Assembly: GCA_008632985.1 (NCBI GenBank)
Contig: QPGO01000044.1
Coordinates: 310,001-374,000 of the forward strand
Origin: Psammoneis japonica
Lineage: Eukaryota
Direction: 5' to 3'
Length of the DNA: 64,000 nucleotides
In this document: piece after piece, positions 12,152 to 22,569 of the stretch
Layout: every line of letters starts with the position of its first letter
Numbering within the stretch: the stretch's first letter is position 1
Program-made: the position numbers and the translations under genes
The notes under the pieces: generated by a model
Told to the model about the DNA's origin: nothing
Seen by the model: the letters and a program-made list of their open reading frames with translations, nothing else
The model's database searches: none

Positions 12152-13342
12152 GCTTAGTTTGGTTTTACCCATTTGGGGATTCCCCAAAATGGCCAGGGTG
12201 AGGGGGAGTTGCCATGCCCTTTTGGGGGAATCCTGGGAAATGAGGGTAATTTTGCGGGAAGGAACGCCTGAAAGAGCTCAGGGGAGGGGAACAAAAAACA
12301 AATGGAATGCGGCAATGTATGGCATTAACATTTAGGCCGGTGTGCTTTGTCCCCATGACTGTTGAGCATGCAAGCAAGTGAGCGCCGCACTGTGCAATGC
12401 ATCGACACATCGACACAAAGCGGCCTCTTGTGGCAGAGCAAGGAAAGAAGAAACTTTGCCATTGATTCAGCCACGTTAATGTTGCTTGTGTGAGGTTCTG
12501 TTTTCGCCTTGCTCTTTGCTCTGGAGCCCTTGTGGCTTGCATTTGTGACCACGCGACACAAGAAGGAACACATGATGCACTGCATTCTGCACACAAGATG
12601 GGTCAAAGGAAAGAATGAGCATGACCACTCAATCCGCCACATTTTTGTTGGCCTTGTGAGGTTCTACTTTTGCCTTGGCCTTTGTTCTAGATGCCTCATG
12701 GTTTGCATTTGTAGCTGCACAACAACAAAGTGATTCGAGACGATTCGCTTCATTCTGCACACAAGATGTGTCAGTTGGAAGAACAAACATGACTGTCCAA
12801 TCCGCCACATTTTTGTTGGCCATGTGCGGTTCTACTTTTGCCTTGGACTTTGCCATGAACACCGCATGGCTTGCATTTGTGATTGCATGACAAAAGAACA
12901 AGTGCAACGATCAATGCACCAGTTTTCTGCTCAAAATCATCTGTCACACTTCTGTTTCATTTTGTCTTTTACACCATAGATCGTAATGTCACTCAAGAGA
13001 TTGACTGGTGTCATCATTGCTTGACAAAAGCCGTCACAAATGGGGTGCAAATGCGCCATGGCGTGTTGCCAATTTTTGTTGCGGTTGGTCGATGGTCGAT
13101 GATTGTTGCGCGTCTGATGGGTGGTTCCGTGCGTGCCGGCACGTGGAACACGTGGAAATGTATGAGAGGGGAAGAACCGGGAATTGCCAATGCACAATTT
13201 TTTATTCGTGCATTTAGCACGCACACAACGAAGGGCAATTCGTGGCGATTCCCCGGGAATTCACCCTTTCCGTAGAAAAATGGGGTAAAAGGTGGTGATC
13301 CCGGGGAATTTTGTTCAAAAACACGGCAAAACCAAACTAAGC
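12152..13342. mobile_element. Non-autonomous TIR DNA transposon (about 1.19 kb) with 6-bp flanking direct repeat
   Basis: Left end GCTTAGTTTGGTTTTACC versus right end GGCAAAACCAAACTAAGC (18-bp IR, 1 mismatch). ACACAA flanks both sides (12146-12151, 13343-13348). Confidence 0.7.
12465..12900. repeat. About 168-bp tandem repeat, 2.5-3 copies
   Basis: AATCCGCCACATTTTTGTTGGCC..GGTTCTACTTTTGCCTTGG at 12631 and 12799, with a degenerate copy at about 12465. Confidence 0.75.
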
Positions 13343-16300
13343 ACACAAGCTGCCATCTGATTGTTGGCACTGCTCTTTGCTGTGCAAAGCAAGGTGAGAT
13401 TTCTGCCAACATCCCACAAAGGCGTTGGCTCTGGCTGCCCTCTCACACACAATGTTGTGTCCATTTTTGCATGATTTTGTGGTTTTCCACATGAAGTGTG
13501 GCTCCATGAATGCTTTGAAGTGCTGGCTCAAAACTTTGACTCACAAAACATGTGTGTGTCTGTTTTCAATTGGACTGGAACAGAGGACAAGTGAGAGCAA
13601 AGCACAGTGTGAACTCTTGCACATTGGTGCTCTGTGCAGCACCACGGGGGCACCACAGCACAAAAACAGTGTGATTTTTTTTTAAAATTTTTTTCAATCT
13701 TTCTTCTCATGCACACTGCTGGCATCTGATTGCACCAAAGCTGTTGGGACAAGTGCAGGTGGCATGGTGGTTGGCAAAGTGCCCACCAGCAATTTCTTGC
13801 TTTGGCCAGTCTCTTCTTGGCAGTCGCTCAAGCAAGAGCATCACCCCAGCCAATCTTCTTCTGGGCAATCCAGAAATTTTCTTGAGACAGCCCCCAGTTC
13901 TCCTCACAGACATGGCAGAGCACAAAGTGGCGCTGCCCACCACCACAATGACAAAATCTCTCATCATGATGATGAGAGATGGCTTTCATTGTGACTGGCA
14001 GCTTTCAGTGCAGAGTCTGGCCACTCACACTGCCAATGTTTGTGGCTCTGACCCTGCACCCCACACTCATTTGTCTGGCCAAATGTCACCCTGTGCAGTT
14101 GCTCCTGACTTTTGACTCTTGTGTTCTCATGCCCCCCCCCCCCCCCCACACACACACACACACACACATGAGAGGCAGCAGAGAAGAAAAGAGCGGGGGC
14201 ACCAAGTGTGTGGCACGCACTGCTGCCGCTGCAACAAAAACCATTGAAGGAGCGCCCCAGCAGAATGCACAGCCTCCACCCTGTTGTACATTCTTGGTGT
14301 TTGCAGAGTGCTTTGTGAGCACTGGCTCCCACAACAAAAGTGAAAAATGCTCAACTTTTCTTGCCTTGTCACTCTTGGAAATTTTTCCACCCTTCGCCTC
14401 TTGGTGCGCCTTTTAGAGCTAAATTTTTCGTCGCGCACATGTGTCTGATGTGCGTGAAAGAAATGCTACGAATTCGGAAACAATTGCGCGTTTTCGTGCG
14501 CGAAGCTCAAATTTTCGTCCCGAAGCAACGATCGGAGCTTCGCGCAAGATTTGTGTAGAAATCATGTAGAAACATACTGAAAGCGAAACAGAGCATCTTC
14601 TGGATACTGCGTGCTTCGTATTAATTCATACCTATCACAGAATGATGTTGTTGCGTCCTTCGTGAGCGTTTTCTTTGTATCATGCCACTGACAAAGAAAC
14701 CAAAGCATCGTATCTCTGCTCAAAGACCTCAAAATACAGTGCCTCATCCTTCTTGCGGTCCGAATTCGTGTAGTGTCGAAAAAAATCAAACGCAACGACA
14801 ATCAGTTGCGGCTCACTATCGCAAGATACATGACACCGTTTGAAAGTCTAATGTGGAATGCGTTATGTTGGGACCCATGACTTTGATAATGTAATTACAT
14901 AAGATGGTTTTATAAGGCATAAGCTTTTTTTTGTGGTGTTTTATGCGTCAAAAGAAAAGCAAAAGCGACCCATGTATCATGCATCTACCTTGTTACTGGC
15001 GCCATAATCGACAATCAAATCGACCAGCTGTGTTCTCAAACTCGTTCGAAAGTATCAATCTATGGTCCGGATGCCACCATTTATGAGCAAGTGAGACGAT
15101 CCTGGGCAGTTATCAGGAGTCAAAATTTTATTCAAAGACCTGAGGTGCAGAAGACAGTTAGACTCGAGATTGGATGAATCTACAAGAACAAACCAAATCG
15201 ATTCGTTAAAGAATCTACTCTATTCAGGATATGCAATATTAGCAACAGCAAAAGTCAACAAATGCAATTAGTGACATTGAATCCCGATAGTAGAGCTAGG
15301 TTTGATCCAGACTTTGGTTGTGCGCAAGTAGTTCTCTCTGCAGCAGGGATCCAAGTGCTAGACCATCATTGCCGTGATGAGAAAAGCTTTGTTACTTTAT
15401 TACAGAGAAATGTGGAAAAGTAGTTTGGACTAGTGCTTTTAATAGCTAACTGTATCTTAGGAGCTACGCACCACGACCTCGAATAGTTTTACCACATGGC
15501 TTGACAACGGCCCTTCCAAACCTGGCATGCCGAGAAACACTCGTATCAATATCTATTCTTGACTGAAATGAATGGTCTCGTTCCCCAATACTGCAATTGA
15601 ATGATCCGATTGTTGAAACGAGATACTGTACAACAACCAAGAAAGACAATGTGCTATCCCAAGAGTCCATAGCACCAGCCACAATGAGTGCAACCATCAT
15701 TTCAACATGCAGCATGACAAAAGCACTCACAATAGCCCCCTGATTGTTGAAACATGCCCTGTGAGTATCACTTGCACACAAGAGAAGTCTAAGATTTCCA
15801 TGAGCAGGGTTGAGCTTACCTGTCGCGTCCTTTGCAAACTCGATGGAATTGTGCTTTTTAACACCGTTGCCCACCCAAAAGGTGGCATGCGAACCCGGCT
15901 TCCCATGCTGGTAGTGACCGTCTAGGTCAATTGCTGTATAATAATGCCCTGTGAGTATCTTGCATATAATAGAGAAGTCAAAGACACCAGTGAATCGAGT
16001 CAAGCTTACGTACCTGTGTCATTTACAAAGTCGACCACAACCTATCATCCTCGCATCCACGCCCTAGAAAAGACGTTCTCGGCTCTCAATCATGAATTCA
16101 ACGCCTGTGAGCATTATTCATATTTTGAACAAGACAAAGAAGTCATTCGGAAGCACACATTATCCACATATTTTTCTTTTTCACTCGAAAGTATTGATCT
16201 CAACATCCCTTCGTCCAAAAAGTGGAACCACGATCCTTCTTCCGACCCAAAACGAGACAGCGCTTCAACCCTGTTACAGAAATTATACCTTGAGTGTCAT

Positions 16301-16919
16301 TCAAATCATTTTAAAGAGACTATGGCTACAAGTTATTTGTTCATTCTTACCTAGGTCGTTTCTTACCCACCCTCACTGATGTTTTCCCGGCCGCTCAGAG
16401 CTCAGAAAATACGAGGGCGCGACCTGTCGGGGTTTCAAACGTGACCTCATGACTGATTGCTGCAATACTTAGCCCTGAACGGCGTACTTATATGATAAGC
16501 AAAGTGGAAACATTGTATCTCAATTGTATCGTACACCAACGCATTGAAAGTCCTCATTTTTTTGGAGTCGCCACATCCACCAGCCACAGCAGTTTGGTTT
16601 CATGAGTTGATCAATGATTTGATCACGGCTTGGCTCAGGATATCAATGCAGTAGTTTCCGTATGAATTTTCTTCAATGAGAGAATCAGTATCAGCATCGC
16701 ATCGACGATGAGCCCGTTGAACCGATCCGCTCATGGTGAGTACTTCTCCAGAGAAAAAATAATGAACGATGCGGTTACCTCCAGCAGCGTCCCTCAGTAT
16801 TTTTTATACGTATTTCTACACATATTATCGATCCCGTCTGACCGTGGCCACCAAAATTTTTTCACCGCGAGAAAAAAAAAAAAATTTGTGGAACGAGCTC
16901 CACCATGGCGACATCTCAA

Positions 16920-17320
16920 CCAGTTCTAATGGGCCGTTGCGGCCTCTCCATGAACCAATACGGAGCGACGCAGACATCTTCTCTTCCTATATTGAGTGGT
17001 GTGTAGCAAGAGGATATGTCCGACATGGAGATGCATTGGTGCTCGACACAATGCTTCGATTCACCCTCGCTGTCACGAGTCGGAATCTCTCGATGAGTGT
17101 CTTTTTCGATGAGTTTGGCATCTTGCTTCTATTCCTACCAACTCACCCCTCGAGTTGAATCCCATAGAGAAAATGCGGCTTACACTAGCATACTATGACT
17201 CAAAAGCTGGGACCTTCACGGTCCGCGTCCGGTGCGAGGTGCGAGACGAGCAGCGCACGCTGCTGCAGCATCATGGATTCGTTCACACATGATGACGTTG
17301 CCGTGGCGTGCACTCTATGT
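16920..17320 (+). pseudogene. IS630/Tc1-family DDE transposase C-terminal fragment
   Basis: GDALVLD..., then FGILLLFLPTH-P/ELNPIE across a frameshift at about 17150, resembling the LPxYSPELNPIE motif. Confidence 0.65.
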
Positions 17321-17399
17321 GGCTACACAAGCCAAACTAGATCACTACTAAAACAACAATAGATTGCAATTTTGATTTTGACAACTAGAGCACTAGAAG

Positions 17400-19620
17400 A
17401 TGTCAATCCACTCAGCGCGCTGGTCCGCTCCAAAACAATCTTGTGGCCTGGATCGCGGCTGCAGCGGCATCTTCTGTTCAAACACAACATAGCATTCTTT
17501 TTCTCCACACTGTCAATGAAATCAATAAAACAGCTACAAGCTTTTCACAGTCCACATTGTCATCGCAGACTCCCACATTCAATTTGCAATGTCTTGAGTG
17601 CACATTCGCTGCACCGCCACTGGAAACACCAGCACATGAGTCTTGCTTCCGTAAAAAAAAAAACAATCAATCCCAACACATGATGTCCAAATCAGATCAC
17701 TCGTCACCAGCGATGTCATTGTCGGGTGCTACACTGGATCCTTGGGAAAGCCCAAACTCGCCCATGTCATCTCCCACCTCCTCGTTGATCGGATCGAACT
17801 GCTCCTGTGCGGTGCGGGCTCTTTCCTCCTTTTCACGCTGCAATGTGTCCCATTCCCAGGTACACAAACTCATTAAACACATAAAAAGAGATTGTCAGAC
17901 AGCGAGTCATGTGGGGAGAAACCTGTTTGTAGCACAAACAAACGACTTTCGTCGATTTCACGGCAAACAACAATTTGCACATTTTTTGCCAATTCTCTCT
18001 CTTGGAACAAACCTTGCCAGTTCTTTCACATTGCAGCTTTGTCAATCATACAAAGACGTTTACAAAACGCACCTGGATGTCTCTGAGCATTGCCTGGTTG
18101 CCAAGAAAATGCACAGAAAAATTCAAGTCAGAAGCACAAAAAACATGCCAGAGCCTGCGCCACCAGTGGCGTAGAATGGTTCAGGGTGTACACAAATTTT
18201 GTACCACAGTGGCGTACGTGATTTTGACACAAGATTCTACATGCGCCTGGTGGCGTAGACCCAGCACAAAAGCAATGAATTTTTGAAGTTTTGTGGCGTA
18301 CAAAGTCAGCATGTTGTGGCGTAGATTCGACATCAACAAGACTTCGCGCAACACTCGCAACAACCAAGACAACAGACAACCGCTCGCAAAATCTCGCTCC
18401 CACTTTACACGTTGCAGCTGATGTGGTGTTGTTCATTCGTCTCACTTGTTTTCATCGTGGAACCTCCTGATGACACAGGGTGTCTTTCAGGCATGTGCAT
18501 CGGTCTGATTGCCCCCCCACTCTTTGGGCAAGAATGGGGTGTGTGGTTTGCTTCTTGAAGACACCAGACCAGCCACAAGGAGCTTGCAGTGGAGAGCTGG
18601 CAAGCAAAGCACTGGGCTGCACCACAAGGCACTGGCTGATGGGACAGCATTGGGCAAGCACAACTGCAAGCATTTTCCTGAGGGCACTTTGCACCACATG
18701 TGACAAAGCCAGAAACATGGACTGAGAAACACAGACAGAGCCAGGTTTTGCTCAGCTGGCCACCCAGAATTCAAGCAGGGGTGCAGCCGGAATGAAGAAG
18801 GCTGCAGGTCAATTTGAGGTCCCAGTGGGAACTTGCTTTGCATGTTTGTTGACAGCCTGCTGCAGAAGCCGTGGCTGCACTGGAACTCCAAAGGTGGCGG
18901 TGCGTGACGGGGTGGATCTTGCAAGTTCTCTCAAGATTTTGTGATGCACGGGGCCAAAATTTGGGTGCAGCATCCACAGATGCTTTGGGAGAGATGCTGT
19001 GAATTCGTCAAGGCAGGCACTTCTGACAGCATGGGTGGGGAAGGCCAGTGCTTGTTGCCAGGGATCTTTGTGAAGATCTTTTAAAGAGGATGACACTGCG
19101 TTTTCTCACTTGGAAACTTCAGAGAATTGTTTGGACACAGTGCTGGGGCCAAACCCGCCAAAGTGTGCACTGAATTTTGGAGAACAAAGAAGACACAGAT
19201 CCATGGCAGTGGCCACCAAGCTGGCAGGGCAAGGCTTGGAAAACAAGCTGCCCAAAATGCCATGATGGGCTGGCAGCAAAGCACTCCTCACAAAAGATGC
19301 CGCTGTCAAGCTGTGCCACAGACTGGCACAACTCCACAGTTCTCCAGCACGCTGTGGGAGCTTTGCTGCCAAGCATGTAAAACCGCAGCACCTCAAGTCA
19401 CAGACAAGCTGCTTTGCAGGCAGAAGCCCAGCCAAGGGCCGCAAGTTGACAGCCCCACAGCGTCTTCTCTTTTTCTCCTTTTTCCTTCTTTTCCTCTCTC
19501 TCTTCTCCTTTTCTCCTTTTCAGTTTATTCTTCTGGGCCGCCTCCGGCGGCCACCTCTTTCATTCTTCCCACATGCCGAAATCTCAATGCACACCGAAAG
19601 TTGATCTGACAGCATGATTG
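17400..19620. repeat. TpA/CpG-depleted degenerate repeat domain 2 (inside the nested TIR elements)
   Basis: Strong TA/CG depletion, especially 18400-19450. Confidence 0.65.
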
Positions 19621-19860
19621 TTTGATTCGCTTCCCAAAAAAAAATCTTTTCTTTCGCGCGTTGAGAATTTTTTTGGTGGCCACGGTCAGACGGGATCGAT
19701 AATATCTTTGATTGCGCGAAGCGCCGATCGTTGCTTCGGGCAGAAAATTTGTGCTTCGCGCACGAAAACGCGCAATTGTTTCCGAATTCGTAGTAAAACG
19801 CGTGGCGTCATCGCTGCGTTGTTGTCTTTTTATTTCTCTGGTTGGCAATCACAATACATC

Positions 19861-21000
19861 ATGTCGACTCAACAACAACAACAAGATACTACTACTCCAC
19901 TTCCCAACATTGTTGCTACTCGTCATCGTGGTTGGCGTCGTCGTACATCCCGTCGTGGTTCGTCGTCGGTAGTGGATTTGGCCGAATGGATCATTCAAAA
20001 CCATTCCGTCGTGTTTATTACGGGCGCCGGTCTTTCCGTCTCAAGTGGTGTTCGTCCCTTTCGTGGCAAAAATGGACTCTGGAGTGATGTAATTTGGACC
20101 AAGGCGACACGACAAGAATTTCGAAAGGACCCATTGAAATGGTACAATGAATTTTGGTTGCCTCATTTTTGTTCTTTGGAAAATCAACAACAACAGCACC
20201 AACCCAGTCCCGGACATTTGGCGTTGGAAGAATTATGCCGGAATTACAATGTCAAGGTGATTACGCAAAATGTCGATGGACTTCAAGTGCCGAGTGATGA
20301 TTTGATTGAAGCACACGGACGATTGGGTCTGTACAAGTGTTTGCCCGATGAGGATTCCGATACCGACAGTGACAGCGACGAAGATCACGGTCGGCCCGTG
20401 CATTTGGGTCATCGACGCAAGAGCCGGGGATTGAAAAAACAAGCCGCAACGGCATCCTCAAGTGTGTGTCCCTATGAATGGGAAAAATCCATACCGCTCG
20501 ATTTGGTGCAACCACCGAGTGTACGAAAAATACTAAAAGAAGGCAGCAGCAACAACAAGAACGAATCATCGTCAAGAGCAAACCAGAAAAAACGCAAACT
20601 TACCAATGCAGCAACAACAACACTCCTCACAGACCCCCCACACTGTCCATCTTGTGGAAAACCCTGTCCACCACAAGCTCTACTGTTTGACGAAGGCTAT
20701 CATTCTCATCATTTTTATCAATTTGAAAAAATGGAAGATTGGATTGCCCATGCCCGTGCATTGGTGTTTGTCGGGACGAGCTTTGCCGTGTCGGTCACCC
20801 ATGTGGCACTCCAGCATGCCCGGCATGCAGGCATTCCCGTTTTCAATTTCAACACCCAGGATGCACTCGAAAGCACCGTGAGACTCAATGTCGAAAACAT
20901 TTTGGGACCGTCCGATGCAACACTACAGACGCTACTGGAATCCTGTAAGGAAAAGGAAGAAATGAATCGACGAGAACGTAATAGCAGTAATGAAGAGTAA
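19861..21000 (+). CDS. SIR2: NAD-dependent deacylase, sirtuin (Sir2) family
   Basis: ITGAGLSVSSGVRPFRG, ITQNVDGLQ, EAHG, Zn-binding Cys residues (C...C...CPSC) and FVGTSFAV. ATG 19861. Confidence 0.9.
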   Translation: MSTQQQQQDTTTPLPNIVATRHRGWRRRTSRRGSSSVVDLAEWIIQNHSVVFITGAGLSVSSGVRPFRGKNGLWSDVIWTKATRQEFRKDPLKWYNEFWLPHFCSLENQQQQHQPSPGHLALEELCRNYNVKVITQNVDGLQVPSDDLIEAHGRLGLYKCLPDEDSDTDSDSDEDHGRPVHLGHRRKSRGLKKQAATASSSVCPYEWEKSIPLDLVQPPSVRKILKEGSSNNKNESSSRANQKKRKLTNAATTTLLTDPPHCPSCGKPCPPQALLFDEGYHSHHFYQFEKMEDWIAHARALVFVGTSFAVSVTHVALQHARHAGIPVFNFNTQDALESTVRLNVENILGPSDATLQTLLESCKEKEEMNRRERNSSNEE

Positions 21001-21574
21001 AAGTTTAATAGGTTAAGAAAAATGAGTTTCTTTCTGTTACAGATCATTGCCGGGTGAATCGTAGAGGAACGAAACTCTTGCTCTTGTTATTTGTATCTGT
21101 GCGAGGCTAGAAGAAGCATGATAGTGTGCGAGCATGACAAATCATAAGAGTTTATCATTGTTCTAATGTGCAGCAATGTTGTTAAGGCTACTACTAGTTT
21201 AGAGCTAGCTACACGAGAGGGAAGACGGTGATTTAAAGGCAGGCTTCTCTCCTTTTATTGTTTGAATCAGAAAACTATCCCTTGTGTTGGCTCTCTCGCA
21301 CCAATGGCACTCTATCTCAACTTTTTGATGACCATTCTTACTTCAAAGGTTGATGGAAGAACCTGGCGCGAATCTACCAGAGTCGAGAATGGCAACATCC
21401 ATCCGGGCAAGCGGAAGGTTGGCAAGCAGGAGGTTGGCAAGTCCTTTTCGTCTCTCTCTTGGGCTGCAAATATCTATGATTGCCTCTATATCGCGATGGG
21501 GCGTATGGTAGCGAGATCAACAAGCCATTCTCTAACACAGGGATGAAGAACGAATGAATTAAGTAACAATAAAT

Positions 21575-22474
21575 TTACATGATGCAGCAGTTGTTTGCAC
21601 CCTTCAAATCTCCCTTGCGAAAGCACTCGGTGCGACCTTCATCATCAATGATTGCGAATCGAAAGTCCAGAGGACGAGGCCTACCACAAAAGGACAGTAT
21701 CTTCTCTCCGACATCATCTTTTCCAACAGCATCGCAGACCGTAGGCATCATTTTCTTGGCACCATTGTAATGCGCAAGATTCTCGTACCACTTGGCAATT
21801 GCCTCCGTGATGTAGTCCTTTGTTGGATATACATGGCTTCCGTCTTCGGCAATGAGACTTTTGAGGTCGTCATTCCCAAGGATACGACACCACTCCATCA
21901 GTGGAGCGAATTCTTCTTCGTAGTACGAGCCGTAGGAAGCATCTTCGAAATCTTTCAGTATGGTAAGGAACCGACGAAACTCCGGCACCGACAGAAAGAA
22001 ATAACTCCACTCCGGATTCGTTCCAATGACTCCTCGCTCTTCCAATTTCTTCTGTAGATCGTGAATTTCCCCGGCAAGCTTCTGGCACTCTTGAAGCACA
22101 TCTTCGGGAGAAAGAAGATTGCGGTCATCTGCCTCCCCCTTTTGTCGCTTCTCGGCCGGTGGCTGACTATCTTGTCCATTGGACTTGACCATCTTTCCGT
22201 CACTATCGTACAGTTTGTCGAGCTCCTGCAACTCTTGTTTTCTGTTCTCGATCGGCCAAAAATCCATGCCCGAGTACGAATCCGCAGTGTGGGCATCGCC
22301 GTACGATCCGTCGGCCTCCCCGTCTCTAACAAGGCTGCGGAGGATCTCCCGAATGGGGTACCCGCCGCAACTCGTCTTGGTCTTGGCGCAATAAAGCTCC
22401 ACCCAGCGTTTCACGCTACTGTCGTCGCAGTCGGGATACAAGCCCTGAATGTACACTTCGTAGTCGCAACCCAT
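21575..22474 (-). CDS. Hypothetical 299-aa protein with N-terminal MGC and C-terminal CaaX (CCIM)
   Basis: Intact ORF with normal dinucleotide composition and lipidation-like motifs at both ends. Confidence 0.7.
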   Translation of the reverse strand: MGCDYEVYIQGLYPDCDDSSVKRWVELYCAKTKTSCGGYPIREILRSLVRDGEADGSYGDAHTADSYSGMDFWPIENRKQELQELDKLYDSDGKMVKSNGQDSQPPAEKRQKGEADDRNLLSPEDVLQECQKLAGEIHDLQKKLEERGVIGTNPEWSYFFLSVPEFRRFLTILKDFEDASYGSYYEEEFAPLMEWCRILGNDDLKSLIAEDGSHVYPTKDYITEAIAKWYENLAHYNGAKKMMPTVCDAVGKDDVGEKILSFCGRPRPLDFRFAIIDDEGRTECFRKGDLKGANNCCIM

Positions 22475-22569
22475 GGTTGTATTGTGTGCTATGTCACTCT
22501 GGCTTTCGAGTCAATGTTTCATGTTTTCGGGGGAAGAGCGAAAGAACATTTCACGGTGGAGCCTGAAAT

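Larger units (their letters stand above)
11830..14465. repeat. TpA/CpG-depleted degenerate repeat domain 1
   Basis: TA and CG nearly absent, CA/TG in excess, many spurious Cys/His-rich ORFs. Contains the TIR element at 12152-13342. Confidence 0.7.
16825..19702. mobile_element. Nested TIR element (inner) with TA TSD, carrying an IS630/Tc1-like transposase fragment
   Basis: TTATCGATCCCGTCTGACCGTGGCCACCAAAA at 16825 is inverted at about 19671-19702. TA lies at 16823-24 and 19703-04. Confidence 0.75.
14466..19793. mobile_element. Tc1/mariner-type TIR element (outer), about 5.3 kb, about 82-bp TIRs
   Basis: 14466-14547 (CTACGAATTCGGAAACAATTGCGCGTTTTCGTGCGCGAAG...) is the near-perfect reverse complement of 19712-19793. 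Flanks are TG (14464-65) and TA (19794-95). Confidence 0.8.

Noticed and set aside
15464..16354. ORFs of 179 and 136 aa inside the outer TIR element
   Set aside because: No recognisable motifs and fragmented frames; I cannot support a product.
18155..18325. Regularly spaced repeats as a CRISPR array
   Set aside because: The repeat is only 8 bp, the context is eukaryotic and there are no cas genes.
19618..19860. N-terminal extension of the sirtuin ORF
   Set aside because: It starts at a non-ATG codon and runs through transposon TIRs; the real start is probably 19861.
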